Shown here one piece after another: positions 1-13,373 of a DNA stretch of 64,000 nt. This stretch comes from Camelus dromedarius (Eukaryota). Positions within the stretch are counted from its first letter, which is position 1. Each line of letters opens with the position of its first letter. Where the stretch lies: positions 44,890,001-44,954,000 of the forward strand of contig NC_087436.1 in assembly GCF_036321535.1 (NCBI RefSeq), read 5' to 3'. The position numbers and the translations under genes were made by a program. The notes below the pieces were generated by a model. It made no database searches. It was not told the DNA's origin and saw only the letters and a program-made list of their open reading frames with translations.

Positions 1-796
1 TGGCTGGTTTGCCATTGTCCATTTCTATCAGTTCTCAAAAGCTAATAGTGACTAAGAAGAGATGTTGATATATGTATTTGATCTTCATAAAACATCAATC
101 TGGGCTAAAAAGTGAGAAACAGAATGAGAGTTATTATATCTCACACTGCTTACATATCATTTTATAATCTATAACATTTAAAAAAACATATTCTGGAATA
201 GAAATAATATGCTAAACTTGACTAAAGAGTTTGATGATGAATGATAAAAATATAATAACAAAATGATAAGGAATGTGAGACATTTTTCTCAAAACACAGC
301 AAGCTACTGACATTATAACAAATCAATGTGTTTTCAAATTTTGCATTTTAACCAAAAATGTTATCCTCAGCAAAGCCTAATTTAATAAACAGAAAGTCAG
401 AGTCTTATTTCTTTTGGTAGAGGAGCAGAATGACGGTAATTCAGCTGGAGACAGAAAAGAAACAATTATGACAAGATCAAATAGCTACTAGGTATCATCG
501 CTCGCTGGTGTAACGGCAGCATCTCTGAGTTTGTACAGTGCCGTTACTGCATATACCATCTTCATGGTCCTAAGTTCGCAATCACATAATCAATGGTTGT
601 CAGACCACAAATGGTTGAAATCATCAGATTAAGCATCCAGAGTCATATTTCTTATCCAGAACAACCACCCTGAGTAGAAATCAGGGGAATACAATTTTTC
701 ATGGGCGCTTACTCATAACTAAAGCACCTCTATCTGATGTGGCAGAACATGTCAAAATATTCTTGTTATCTGCTTAAACCTGAAACTCTAAGGGAT

Positions 797-1339
797 TTAT
801 ATGTGGAATCTAAACTGAATTCATAGAACAGAGAACAGATCAGTGGTTGCCAGAGGTGGGGGACCGGGGTAGAGGAAATGAGTGAAGGAGGTCCTTATAA
901 CTTCTAGTTATAAAATAAATGTTCTGGGGATATAATGTACAGCATGACTATAGTTAACAATACTGTATTGTACATTTGAAAGTTGCTAAGTGTAGACCTC
1001 TTTTGTTTGTTTGTTTTTGTTTTTAAATTTTGGGGGAGAGGTAATTAAGTTTTTTACTTATTTATTTAACAGAGGCACTAGGGATTAAACCCAGGACCTC
1101 GTGCATGCTAAGCAAGCGCTCTATACTGAGCAATACCCTCATCCCAAAAGAGTAGATCTTAAAAGAGCTCATGAGAAGAAAAAAATTGTAACTACATGAA
1201 GTGATGGATATTGACTAAAGTTTTTGTGGTGATCATTTTGCAATATTTGCAAGTATCAATTCATTATGTTGTACACTTTAAACTAATACAATGCTTTATA
1301 TCAATTATATCTGAATAAAACTTCAGGAAAAATAAAATC
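797..1339 (+). mobile_element. LINE-1 3' end fragment (L1MA-like), interrupted by a SINE
   Basis: Typical L1 3'UTR motifs (atgtggaatctaaa, gtggttgccagagg, atactgtattgtacatttgaaagttgctaag, gtggtgatcattttgcaata) ending in aataaaa and an A-rich tail; subfamily judged by eye. Confidence 0.85.
1001..1145 (-). mobile_element. tRNA-derived SINE, camelid Vic-1-like
   Basis: Reverse complement reads gagggtattgctcagtatagagcgcttgcttagcatgcacgaggtcctgggtttaatccctagtgcctc...aattacctctccccc plus A-rich tail; A- and B-box-like motifs; imperfect target-site duplication aagtgtagacct (988-999) / aagagtagatct (1148-1159). Confidence 0.85.
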
Positions 1340-1685
1340 TTAAACCTAGAAGCCTCATGAAAGCAAAGAATACTAACATGTCAAAAAGCATGAATTACAT
1401 TTGATTTTTTTCCTGAAAAAATGTACTATTAGAGAAAATGTGAAGAATTGTACTTATCCAGGTTCGACTTGAAATGGCTTGTGTTTAAATGATGCTCAAT
1501 CAAAGCTCACTGTATTAAAGGAAAAAACAAATGTGAGATAAAACGCCCTGTTCTCCTTTAAAGAATGTTGTAGATTTCTTAGTTAGTCTTTCATCAACCA
1601 GATACTTCGACAAAGATACACAGGGCTTTGGGGAATTTGACTTCTGCAGCCCTTGCTAGGGTCCTAGAGGACTTGGGAGGAATTC

Positions 1686-1900
1686 TAAATAAACAGTCTT
1701 TCAGCTCAACCTAGCCACGAAGCGCTTACAAGCCTCTCTCCCCATCCTTTCAGTGGGCTTTACTAGTTCTCCAGCAGCCTACACTCATCAAAACGCAGGA
1801 GTCCTAGATTATCAGAAACCAGATCCTGTTGGGATGAGTAAATACCAATCAACAGGCCCATTAGCTTCCAGAGGCCTCCCTACTTTGTTTATAGTAAACA
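1686..1900. promoter_or_regulatory. Candidate promoter/enhancer: forkhead motif cluster plus CCAAT box
   Basis: ATAAACA (~1689), GTAAATA (~1838), ACCAATCA (~1844), inverted pair TGTTTAT-A-GTAAACA (1886-1900); motif evidence only. Confidence 0.3.
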
Positions 1901-4900
1901 GGGCGACAGCCAGCACCCTGAGGCCTGGTCCTTCTGAATTTTTTATTCCACTTCTGTGTTGTTTGTCTGCCTGTTTCTAGGATTTTTCTGTGCTGCACTC
2001 TCCCTGCTTTATTTTTTTGAATAATAACTTGTTTTGGTTTTTTTCTTTTTAATGAAACAAGGGGGGAAACTGAAGGTAAGTATCCGTGGCCTTTCTTAAA
2101 ACAACTGCTTTCTCAATTGTATTCAGCCATCTGCAGGTATGCGCTAAAGGGCAGAGGCGGACAATGAAGATGCCTTAATTTTTTTTCCTAAACTCTAAGA
2201 CTAGTGCTCTTCTAGGCATGATTAGTCATGGGACCTCTTTTCCAATTTAAGGCAGAGACATCTCGATTTATTATTCATCTCGAGCTGTATTTGAAATGCA
2301 GATGTTTCAGGCCCCAGGCTCTCCTGGGGGATGCAGCTGGCCTAATCCTTTACTGCTGCCCTCGGATAATGACAGTCGGAGAGCTGGGCCGAGTTTTGGA
2401 TGATGCTCTTTCACTCTGGGAGTGGCTAACACATGAAGTGCACGAAGACAGCCAGGAGAAGGCCTGGAAACCCCAGGGCAGCACCACCAGGCTGAGGGTG
2501 GGTCAGAGACGTGAGCATCTCCAAGGGTGGAGAGTTCAAGAGCTCGGTTACAGCACTTACTTTGGCTCTAGAGAAGTCACATTTACTTGTAAGAGCCAGT
2601 CTGTGAGTCACTTGGGCAAGAGGGAACGTTTAGGTCTGCGGTTCTCTTTTACTAAGTGGATGTGATCGTATTTTGAGTTTTGTTGTCATTCATTTAGTTT
2701 TAGTCAGTCACTTCCTTACATCTTACCTCATGTCTATGAAACAGTTCATGTTCTTTCTTTGACAAAATTTTTAGACATTTCTACGTGTATATATATATTC
2801 CTAAAGTCAACATATTTTTATATTAGAAACTTAGTGTGCTGTCATATTTTCTCAGTGCAAAAATCAAGAGCCAGTTTAGAGGTCTAAATGACCCCTTGTG
2901 ATACGCATGTGACATTTGTAGAAAGAAAAACCCTGTCATTATGTGAAAAGTCAGCCTGATGCTCCAGGAAAAAAATGTGTTATTATAGCCTACCCAGAAA
3001 ATAAATTACACCTAGATGTGGCTGAGAACTCAACTATTAGAAAATAATCAGAAAAAAAGAATATCAACCTTAATTTAACACTTTAATATTGTAGTATGAC
3101 TCTTACATTGCAACCGTTTCCCCATAACCGTTGATGGTACAGTTCAAAACCTAACGCATAGTTGGTGTTAAGCTAGGGAGCAGGTAACTGGGACGTAACT
3201 CATTGGAGAGTCGGCCACTCAGTCCACCACCATATGGCTCCTGCAAGGGCCACCACTCCCTCCCCTACTTACTATGACTACATTTGCCTGAGGACTTAGG
3301 ACTGAGGTACTTCCTAAGAGTTAAAATGAAATGAGAAAAGTACATAAATAAAGACTGAGGTCCCAATGTTTCTCAGCTGGGACATTTTTACTCCTTGTAC
3401 TTACTACGACCACCCGCCTTCCTTTCCTTCCCTGAGAGTCTCAGATCAATATGATAGATAAAGGTAAAGCTTAAGGTAAACGATTACCCTATAAGCTGAT
3501 GGGAATTGTAATTTCAGTGTATAGCAAACACTACAGGGTACAGTAAGCTTACAAGCATAAAAAATTCATCACTTATTTCCAATGATTGATTTGTATTCTG
3601 GCTTAATTAGCCATGAAAGGGTCTGTTTTTTTTTAAAGCTTTCCTTTGCTTTTCGTTTTTATTTCCTTCTCCACTGCCTGCTGAAGAAGCTAATCCCCAG
3701 CTGTCAAGTTAAGGAAATTTAAAGGTAGACACTAAATAAAAACATTACCAATCATGAATGCATTTTCATATATCAAGCATGAATCTCAAAGATTTTATAG
3801 ACAAGCCAAGATTTATAATTATGTTTCCAGAAAATTGTCTTATTTTTATCATTAATAGTATTTTAATTACAATATCATCACTGACAAACATAATCTGTAA
3901 AAACAGATATATTAGCCTGCCAAAAAGAAGATGTTTTACGATGTCCACTAAACCTTCAGTCTTGGTTGATCGATTCTCAGTAACAAATGCAAGTGACTTG
4001 AAGAGGAATATACATTTATGGAACTCAGAAAAGAACGAAAGCCCGACCCAAAGTCGATGGGGGTCAGGGTGGGATAAGGGATTGGGGATGAGGGACTGAT
4101 GGAGAGGACGATTTGGTTACTAAAACAACAAACTCGCAAATGCATTCAGAAATACACCAAGAGTGTCCATGTTTATTTTAACTAGCCACCACGAAGAAGG
4201 AAAAGACAGGACAATAGTGAAGGCCAGCTGTTGTTTTTCTTGAAGAGGTCCCAGCTCCGTATGCTGAGGAACTCTACTAGAGAGGGCCTGGCTGAGACAA
4301 ATGTTTGGTCCACACTTTAAATGGCAGCTGGTTATTAAATGACTCCCAATAGAGTGAACACTTGCTATTGACAATAAGGTAATATAAGGACCGTGCAGAG
4401 CAATCAGGATGGGAATGTGAATGAAAAATCTTTAATCTGAAATTACAGCTGTCAGGGTCAGATTATAAAACATGAAAGTTGCATCTGCAGTTAGAATTAA
4501 TGTGTCCCCAAAGCCAAGTTTCTCATAAACTGCGTCTTGCAGATACATATTTTATAAATAGACTACCAGTCGTCTATAAATCAAAGAGAACTGTGGCCTA
4601 TATTAAGGAATTAAAAGGGGTCATCTCTCTTGGCATTGGTATTTGTTGAGCAGTACCGGGGAGGCGGGGGTGCAGCGTGAAATGAACATTGATTTCCAAA
4701 GTCTGGCAGAGAGGTTAGATGTATTAGCCCTGCACAGTGATATCCACTGATTCCAGCACCACATACAAATGCCCTGAAGTGATATTTTGTAATAAACTGT
4801 GAATGAGGAAAAACAGGGATTATGACATAATATAAACAAGTGAAATGGTCTTCCTGGCAAATTTACCAACAGAATGTAAATTTTGGTTGCTGGGTAGTTT

Positions 4901-6069
4901 ATTTAAAAAGCTGATACAACCTCTCTGGGGCGACTGCATACTTTTAAAAACAGTCAGAGTCCTAACAAGATAATTTTGAATCAGAGACACATGAAAGTCT
5001 GTGTTAGCAATGTCACATAAACACATAAAACTGAAGGCCTGGAAGCATTATTAGAGATCATCTAGTCCAGGAACTCACTTGTTAAAATCTGGTGCATTTT
5101 TTAAATAAACATGTCAAATACCAAACGGCATTTATATTATATTATATCTCTGAAAACATTAAGCATGTGGTCTCAGGGGCTGAGAGCCCTTTCTTGTACT
5201 TGGTGATGTATCTCACTTAAAAGATGGAGATGAGTGTCATGAGCAAGGTGCTGTTTTATTGCTAATATCTAAGGCATAGTGGGGAGCTGCTGACTCCTCT
5301 CTTGCTTTTTAGAAAATAGAGCTATGCCTTTTTTTATTAGCTTACTTAGTACAGCAGTTCTCTTTAAAGGAGAAAAATGATCGATAGATAAAAAGATAGC
5401 AGCATCACACATGCAAGCTTAATAATACCTGTCCCATGTGGCACCATCTACCCTGGGAGCTTTATCACTGCTATGAAACAGTAGAGAAGACGTCTTTATT
5501 AAAGTCTTAAAAAAAAAAAAAACTCTTAAGGAAACTATATTTTAATTAATTTATTTATAATTAATGTTAAATAGAACAATCAAATGGATAAACAATGTAT
5601 ACAAGTTAATAACTTCCTTTGTGCTAATGGTGTGGAAGACCAACTTGATACACCTGGTACAAACTTTACTCAGTTTCCAAGGTGAGGAACTGCCGAAGAC
5701 AGCTGAGCAGACAATTGTAGGGTCCAGGGGTTCAGGCATCTGAACCGAAAGAGAGGATTTACTCTTTCCCTCTGGGGTTTGCAGACTGGATATGTACTTC
5801 AGTCACCAGATGCTACCGGATTTTTGAGTGGAGTCAACGGCTGAAAATACTTTCTATGTCTGTTTCACAATCATTTTATGATCTTGTCTCATTTCTGTAG
5901 ACATTCGTCTCAGTTTCCCATGCCTCTGTGATCTCTGGAATAGATATCGCAGGGAGATTTGCCTATGTCTCTTTTGGGAACCACCCAGAAGCTTCCACTG
6001 GTACAAAATGCAGAAGCTCAACTACTTAAGAATGGGGGCTGATGAGAAAGCAGAGGACACAATCCAAGT

Positions 6070-6180
6070 ACAGAATCTTAGATGCAAAGACCTCAGAGTG
6101 GGTCTATTAGTACAAGACTTCTCAAATGAGGTTTTGAACTAGAGATCAGAGTCCTAGCTAATGAGCCAACATTGGGTCCA
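6070..6180 (-). mobile_element. Degenerate MIR-family SINE fragment
   Basis: acagaatcttag...acctcagag...tattagtacaa...caaatgagg resembles the reverse-oriented MIR core. Confidence 0.4.
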
Positions 6181-6536
6181 ATCACTGTCCACTGAATATG
6201 AAGTTGAGTAGATTTTTGTAATCTGTTACCCTGTCAGATTTGATAACTTTGAATCTGAATGTAAAAACAATTGCTTTTTATATTCATAGAATCGTTCAAA
6301 ATGAAAATTTAATTAGAAATATTTTACACTTACCATAATATACCACTTTGACTCCTAGAAATCCAGTAGTGACTCAACTGGAAAAAAAAAAAAATTAAAC
6401 CTAGGGTGGGAATCTAGTTACAAAAGAGTGAGAATTGCTTTCCTGATATTCTGGAGCTCTTCAAAGTAATGAGGAAGAAAAAGGTAGGAAGACAACATAA
6501 GAAAGATAGCAAGAACAATGAATTGAATTGGAAGAT

Positions 6537-6585
<49 letters not shown>
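6537..6585. repeat. (TAGA)12 tetranucleotide microsatellite
   Basis: Perfect tandem repeat read directly. Confidence 0.97.
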
Positions 6586-9129
6586 TCATGAGTTTTATAT
6601 GCATATATATAAGACCCATGAACCCATCCTACAGCACAAAATGCTTCCCAGATCTCCTAGCCACCTGAAATTAGAGTGACTAAATATCATCAGATAGGAT
6701 GCACAGACACCAGGCCCCAAACAGGCACTCAAGAAATATAGAAGAGTGCTTCATGTCTGCTTTTTGGAACTGCAGGAGGAAATTTAAGGGAAGGAAAGAA
6801 TCCTAAGAATGCTGGACAAGTCACTTGGACTTTGACTACCAACATATGCATACTTTGCCATGCTTGCAAATGACAGATTAAAGGAAAAGAGATAGTCTCA
6901 TATTGAGTTGTCATTTTTAATGTTATTACAAAATAGCATTAAAATAAACAGAAATAAAAACTACCATCTACCCCATCACCCTTTTATAAACAAAAGAGCA
7001 TGTGGTATTTTAATTCCCCAAATTAAGAACATAATATCAGAACAAAGCTTTCTTCTTCCCAAGAAAGGGATTAGAAAGGGATTTTCTGCATTAAAATATG
7101 AATGCAGAAAAATGGCAACATAAGAAATATACATTATAACACTGCATTCAGTGTCAATGTTTTCTTATGAAAGTCTAATATGTAACATATATTATGTGAT
7201 ATAATATAAAGTGAAGCACAGAAGTTCAGCTTGTTCCTGAACTTTGGTTGTATCAATGTCTAAAATAAAGTTATATATGGCCATGGTATTGAAAACACAC
7301 ACCAGAGTTTTTAAATCATTTCACTTAATCTGTAACATTTTGGAGAGCAAAAGGACTACAGGTCTCAAGTCCCCCATGCATGCCTGACCATCTCCTGCCC
7401 TGGGGAAGTAGAAAGTAGCCCAGGGAGGCAAGTGTCTGGGCGTCCAGGTTAATAAGACTTCTTCTGTAGGACCCAGAGAACTGACCACCTGGCAAGGAAC
7501 ACTCAGGAGTCTAAGAAGGATCTGAGACATACCTGACTGGGTGAAATGAACATTAAGGAAATTTTAAATTAAGATAATTTAAATGTCTCAGTCACCTAAA
7601 TAATATTGAAAAGATATGAGAGGAGGCTAACCTGTATCTAAAATTTTCCAATTCATTTGGGTTTATCTACATTTCAAGATGCTGAGATATGCTGACCATC
7701 AATGTTTAGAGAAGTAACTTGTAATTAGAATAAACATATGCTGTCAATTCAAATTAGTAGTGAATAACGAAATGCAATTTCCTCAAAGAAAGTATATGCT
7801 GATAGTCTAAATGTTAAAAAATGGAAAAAGAACAAAAACGAAAATTTCCTTCAACGTCACAAAACTTTTCTAAGGAAAACTGAATTGTGGTAGTTATTTT
7901 GGAGAATATTTATGAGTTATTTACACTTTATTATGAGGAAAAAGTCTCTCCTACTTTTTTTCTTTAATATGCCACCCTTTGTTGACAAATGCAAATACTT
8001 TGAGAAGATATCCCAGCAGAAACCATCGTGGTCTGAGGGTTTTCTCGTCATCTTGTGTTAGAGAAAATGATGCTGAATCATATACACTTAACAAATCAAA
8101 AAGCAACAAACATGTGTTAGTGATGAAAATGCCCCATAGTAAGTAATCATCATAATGCCACTAAAGGAAAACAAGACCTTTTATTTACTTAACAGATTTC
8201 ACTATGTTCCACAGAGAATGAATATTTTCACCAAACACCGTTGAACTGAAGTCCTGCTCATCCAATTTCACCTTCATATGAATTTTAATACTGACTATAG
8301 TAAATATGGTTCTCTTTGTGAAAATGGATTTCCATTTAGACACAAGGGACCTTGTTCTTTTAATTGGTATAGACCCAATAGGATCGTATCATGTTCACCC
8401 AAATGGAAAGCTACAAAGAAAAATATGATGATCTCAATAGTTATAACAGTGACAGAATTTGCCACATATAAACAGATAGAGCCATTTCTTCCATGTACAG
8501 ACCTAGCCATGCATTGTATGTTGTAGAGCTGTAAGAAATACAAATAAAAATCTCGTAACCAGAAAGAGATTGAAAGTGGAGAAAGTTTTGAGTCGCCAGG
8601 GGACAAGAAATTGTGACTCATTTCTGAAACTCAAAGAGTTATGAAAGCTAATGAGTGGCCGAAACTATATGAGGACATTTGAGCCCAAGACCTGCTGTGA
8701 AGGATTATAATGAAAGGGAGGTGGGAGCCATGTGCCACTGGGAAGCCCAGAAGTTACGTCCAGAGCAAACAATAAGGAGGGTGAAAACAGGGATGTTAAG
8801 TGAAGCCCTGTACATGGAACAGTTCACCAATCTGCACCTCCAAATGGCAGAATTTCCAAAATTCAGAGTGTATCTCTTCTATGTGAAATTCCCTGGGGAT
8901 TCTTCTCTGACAAGTTTCAGTGGACCTCTCGGGTTAAGGCAAGGTTTCTAGTGTGAAAGCTACTGCCGTGAATAAAGCCTTCTTTGTTTTGACTTTTGAG
9001 AGCCCTGAGACCTGACAGCCGCTCTCTGCTCACTGAACTAAAAACTAAGCCTGCCAGTCAATAATTTGTAGCCACACACCGAATTATTTACCTATTAGCA
9101 GAAGAAATCATGCCAACTGACCAATACTT

Positions 9130-9580
9130 CTTTTTTAAACATAAACAGATAACCAAGTGTTTTCATACAAATAAGAAAAATGAACAGCATAGAAGAGAAG
9201 GATCTCTATAAATTTATAAAAAAAAACTTAAACATGTGATTCAAAGATAGAAGAGACCATTTAATGAATTATAATTAACACACTCATGGAGGTTCAAGAA
9301 AACTTTACACTCACAAAACAAGAATAGGAAGCTATATAAAGGAAATTACACAATTATAAGAGAAAGCTTGTGGGGAGTGAAATATGGTCTCTGAAATGAA
9401 AAATTTCAATTAAAAGACAAGGAAATAACAGTCAAGGAAATGTGCAAGATTATAGAGAAAAACGTAAGATTCTAAATATGAAAGAAAAAACAAAATATGA
9501 AAGGGCCAATTCAAGATTACTAGCACAATACTAATAGGGACAAAAAAGGTAGGAAATTCTCAAAGAAATAATAGAAATAT
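9130..9580 (+). mobile_element. HAL1 / L1 ORF1-like ancient fragment
   Basis: A-rich sequence with ataattaacacactcatggaggttcaagaa...aaaacaagaataggaagctatataaagg...ctcaaagaaataatagaaa, typical of HAL1/L1 ORF1 remnants. Confidence 0.55.
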
Positions 9581-9590
9581 AAAAACAGTG

Positions 9591-9810
9591 GTTTTTATTT
9601 TATTGAAGTAGTTTAATTTACAATGTCGTGTTAGTTTCTGGTGTACAACATGGTGATTCCATTATATATACACATTTTTTTCATTATAGGTTATTACAAG
9701 ATATCAAATGTAGTTATATATGCTATACAGTAGGACCTTGCCATTTCTCTATTTTATATATAGTAGTTAGTACCTGCTAATCCCAAACTCCTAATTTACC
9801 ACCCCCTTTA
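9591..9810 (-). mobile_element. LINE-1 3' end (artiodactyl-type), 5'-truncated
   Basis: ttttattgaagta...tttacaatgtcgtgttagtttctggtgtacaaca...tgctatacagtaggaccttg...ctgctaatcccaaactcctaattta is the reverse complement of an L1 3' terminus. Confidence 0.85.
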
Positions 9811-9814
9811 TGGG

Positions 9815-11990
9815 GCATCATCTATGACTTGCATTTTAATGGGATATTTCTAGCTTCAGTCGCAAATAGACTATAGAGACATGAGGTAGAAACAAGGAAA
9901 CCATTAGGCAACTGAAAGCAACCAGGTAGGAGATGGTGATAACTTGGACTAAAGTACCAGCAGTGGAGCGAGTGAAAAGTGATCAGATTCTAAACAAAAC
10001 TTCAAAGTAAAATCAACAGAATTGTGTCAAATGTGGGATGTGAGGAAAGAGAAAAGAAGAAGATATCAAGAAAGGCTCAAAATTTTTTATCCAAGATGGA
10101 ATGGAATTCTGGTTTACCGAGATGGAGAGGATTACATAAGGAATGGGTTTTGCAAGTGGAATTTGGGGAGAAATATGTAATTTGGAGTGGACATATTAGA
10201 TCTGAAGTTCGTATCAGACATCCATTTGGATATACTGAATAAGTAGTGAGATATTCAAGTCTGGAATTCTAGGGACATGATTCCAACAACAGTGAATCAA
10301 TGTCATTTAGAACTAAGGCACTGGATGAGTTCACCAAAGACTGAGCATATAGAGACGATAGGAAAGGTCCATAGATGGGGCCCTGAAGCACTCCCATGTC
10401 GAGATGAGAAGATGCAGAGTGACAAGCTGAGAAGGAGCGTCTAGTGAGGCAGGAGGATTACAAAAAGAGTGGTATGCCCGGAGTCAAGTGTGTTTCAAGA
10501 AGGAGGAAGTCATCAACTGTGTCAAAACCTGCTTCGAAGTAAGTGAAATAAGGACTTGAAAGTGATCATTGGATTTTGCAGCATGGAGCTCTTTGGAGAC
10601 ATGACAAAAGCTCTTCCTGTGCGGGGATAGGGGTGAAACCAGAATAAAGTGTGTTTAAGGGAGGACGGGGAAGGAAGTAGAAGGAGATTATACATAATCT
10701 TTGAGGAGCTTTTTCTAGAAAAGTTAGCACAGGACTGGTGAGATGTTTGGAAGTATAGTGGGATCAAACAAAGACCTTTTATAACGTCTGACATTATAGC
10801 ATGTTTGTGTAATATCGGGGATGTTCCTGAAGAGAGGGATCGTTTGATTCAGAATTGAGAGGGCAGCCACAGAAACAATGTCCTTAAAACGGGAAGGGAA
10901 AAAGAATGCACAAAAGAGGAGCCAGCCTTACATGGAGTAAAGACAATTCACCTTTGCAATCAGAGGAAGGCAGAATGTATGGGGCCAGATGTGTGTGGGT
11001 GGATAGATTTGTACAAAAGCACAGAGAAGCTGCTTTTCAATCGTTTCCGTTTTTCCAGTGAAATAAGAAGAAAAGGCATATTTTGAAAGAGAGCAGAAGA
11101 AAAAGCATGGGAGTTTAAAGTGAAGGTAAAAACATGTTAAATAAGCTTGCAGGAGAGAAGTGTTACACCTGAGGAAGTAAAGGAGGATTGCAAGAACCCG
11201 CAAAGAGCACCCTTGAGATTGGTGGTTAGGGACTTAGAGACATGAGAAACTGGAAACTGGCTGTGTGCCTTTCTGCAGCTCTAGTCAGCTGTGGGGGCAG
11301 CTGCACGGTGGGCGAAGAGTTGATTCTTACAGGCTTCGGGTTTTGTGAGGCCAAGATTGGTGCAGAAGAGAGGAGCCAGTGAGCAGAGCTGGTAGGGAGG
11401 GAGTCGTCATGATCAAGGAGCGCAGCTTCTAAGCTGGGCAAGGAGGGAAGTGGGGATGTGAGGGGCTTGATGCACAGTGGCAAAGTGGAAAAAGAGAGAA
11501 AGGAATTTTCGAGTACGGGTACTAAAGAGAGAGAGAACGGGGTGGCAGGAGAAAGCAGGCAGCGACCTGAGACTGGAGTGCTTGAAACTGAAATTAAAAT
11601 TGAAATATCAAGGCCTACGATACAGCTAGAGTGATGAGGGTGGGCTGGAAGGCAAACTCCTGAGACATGAGGAGGTCAAGGACCCAGGCAATTAAGCTAT
11701 TGGAATTTTGTCTGCGTAGATATTGAAATCGCCAAGACTTATGATAAAAGTTGTGTTGGAAGGAGATATAAATAGTGAATTAGTTGATAGGATCTACTTA
11801 CAATTGTAAATTGTTGCTAAGATGAGGGTCTCAGGGATCTGTTGATGATCAGGGCAGGGAAGAGTAGAAGCAGTGTAATAGAATGGCGTAAATCTCTGAG
11901 AAATAACCTTTCAAAGGGGAGGGTGGTGCTTTACTGTCTGGAGGCAGCATGAGAGCAAGGCAGACCCCTCCCCCACCTCCAGGAGCAATA
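9815..11990 (-). mobile_element. Long LINE-2 (L2) fragment
   Basis: Purine-rich strand with L2 hallmarks (ggagatggtgataacttggactaa, tggacatattagatctgaag, tcaactgtgtcaaa, cattggattttgcagcatggag); minus ORF 11226-11483 resembles decayed L2 ORF2 (LPSL...AP...PKP...TRAAER). Confidence 0.8.
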
Positions 11991-12029
11991 CTAGGAAGCA
12001 ACAGTCATCATGACAGTTCCGTGAGGAAG

Positions 12030-12140
12030 ATACTATAACTTCCATTTCACAGATGAGAAGAAATTAAGTGATTTGATCAAGGTCACACAGGTAATAAAAT
12101 CCAATCCTTGATCTAGAACCTAGGTCTTCTGGCTGGTGAG
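12030..12140 (-). mobile_element. MIR SINE core
   Basis: ccatttcacagatgagaa...ttaagtgatttgatcaaggtcacacag. Confidence 0.8.
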
Positions 12141-13373
12141 CCCAATTCTTCCTGACTCATGGCTGAATGTTGCCCTGAGAACATGCATTCAGGAACAGCA
12201 CCTATGAGCAGCTGGGCAGTACTTCCTACAAACCAGGAAACATGAAAAACGATGCCCTCCAAGAGCTCCATTTATTAAATCAAGACACATGGTTTGGCAA
12301 CCCTACCCTCCGATGGTTAAGAACATATTTTCAAACTTATCAGACACAGGAGGACATCTAAAGAAAAAAAAGTACATGTGTGCATACAACCAGGAGAAGG
12401 TGTGTCTGCTTCCAACATGAATTTCAGATACTAATGATGGAAAAGAGAAGACTGGTGCTGATTTCTAGACACACATTCTAGCATTAGAAACATATTCTCT
12501 GATAATGGGGGACGTGCTTTTATCACTTCCCACTGAGGCCTGGGTAAAATGGCCCTGTGATTAGGTGCTTCTCACCAAGTAAAATTCAGACAACAAGTTT
12601 AAAATCTAGGTACTTTCAAGTCCCTGGCTTGCCCTGAATAAGGGTCCTATGAGCCATCAGGACCCTGAAAATAGCTATCCTCTTCTTCTGTAAATAAATG
12701 AATTAGCATTCTCAATCATGTTTTTATTGGCCATGATTATAACCCCTTTTAATCTATCAGCCAATACGCAATGAAATCTAATTTTCTAACATCAAAAATG
12801 AGAGTCGGATTCAGACTTGTAGTAAATATCCTGAGATTGCCAGCAACTCCCCATTTGGAACTGCTCTTGCTTTTTCTTTCTTTCATGGAAGTACATGCAG
12901 TAATTACCACATAATACAAGCATAATACAGTCTTCAGCATTGCCAGTACTTTATTTTGACAGTTTAGTCATGAAGTGTTTTTTATTACACATTGTACTTT
13001 CAGATGCCACATTAAAAAAAGAGGATTATTTGATTTACTACCAGAAACACTGATATCAGTTGATAATTAAAATAGACTCTGAATATGGAAGTATTTACCT
13101 TAATTTCACTTTCTCTGACATGTTTGTATCACTCATAGTTATCACAATGGAACATAATTATCTATTCATTGATTCATCGTTAACTTATTTTTAAATATTT
13201 TATTTTAGAGACATGCAGTTTATATGGTGGATCAAACAAACAAAAGACTGAGGTTATTCTCAAGGGACAAATGATTGCAGTAAAGAAGGTTTTAAAATAG
13301 CACTATAAGAAATATCAAAGGGCATACAATTATTTTCTGAACTCCATGACAGACAATCATGTCAATGACCGTC

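Noticed and set aside
1070..1145. tRNA-Ala-like sequence on the minus strand
   Set aside because: It is the head of the SINE, with mutated A/B boxes, an A-rich tail and a target-site duplication
2228..2665. Longest ORF in the track (145 aa, plus strand)
   Set aside because: No recognisable domain or protein-like composition; this length is plausible by chance in a locally GC-richer patch
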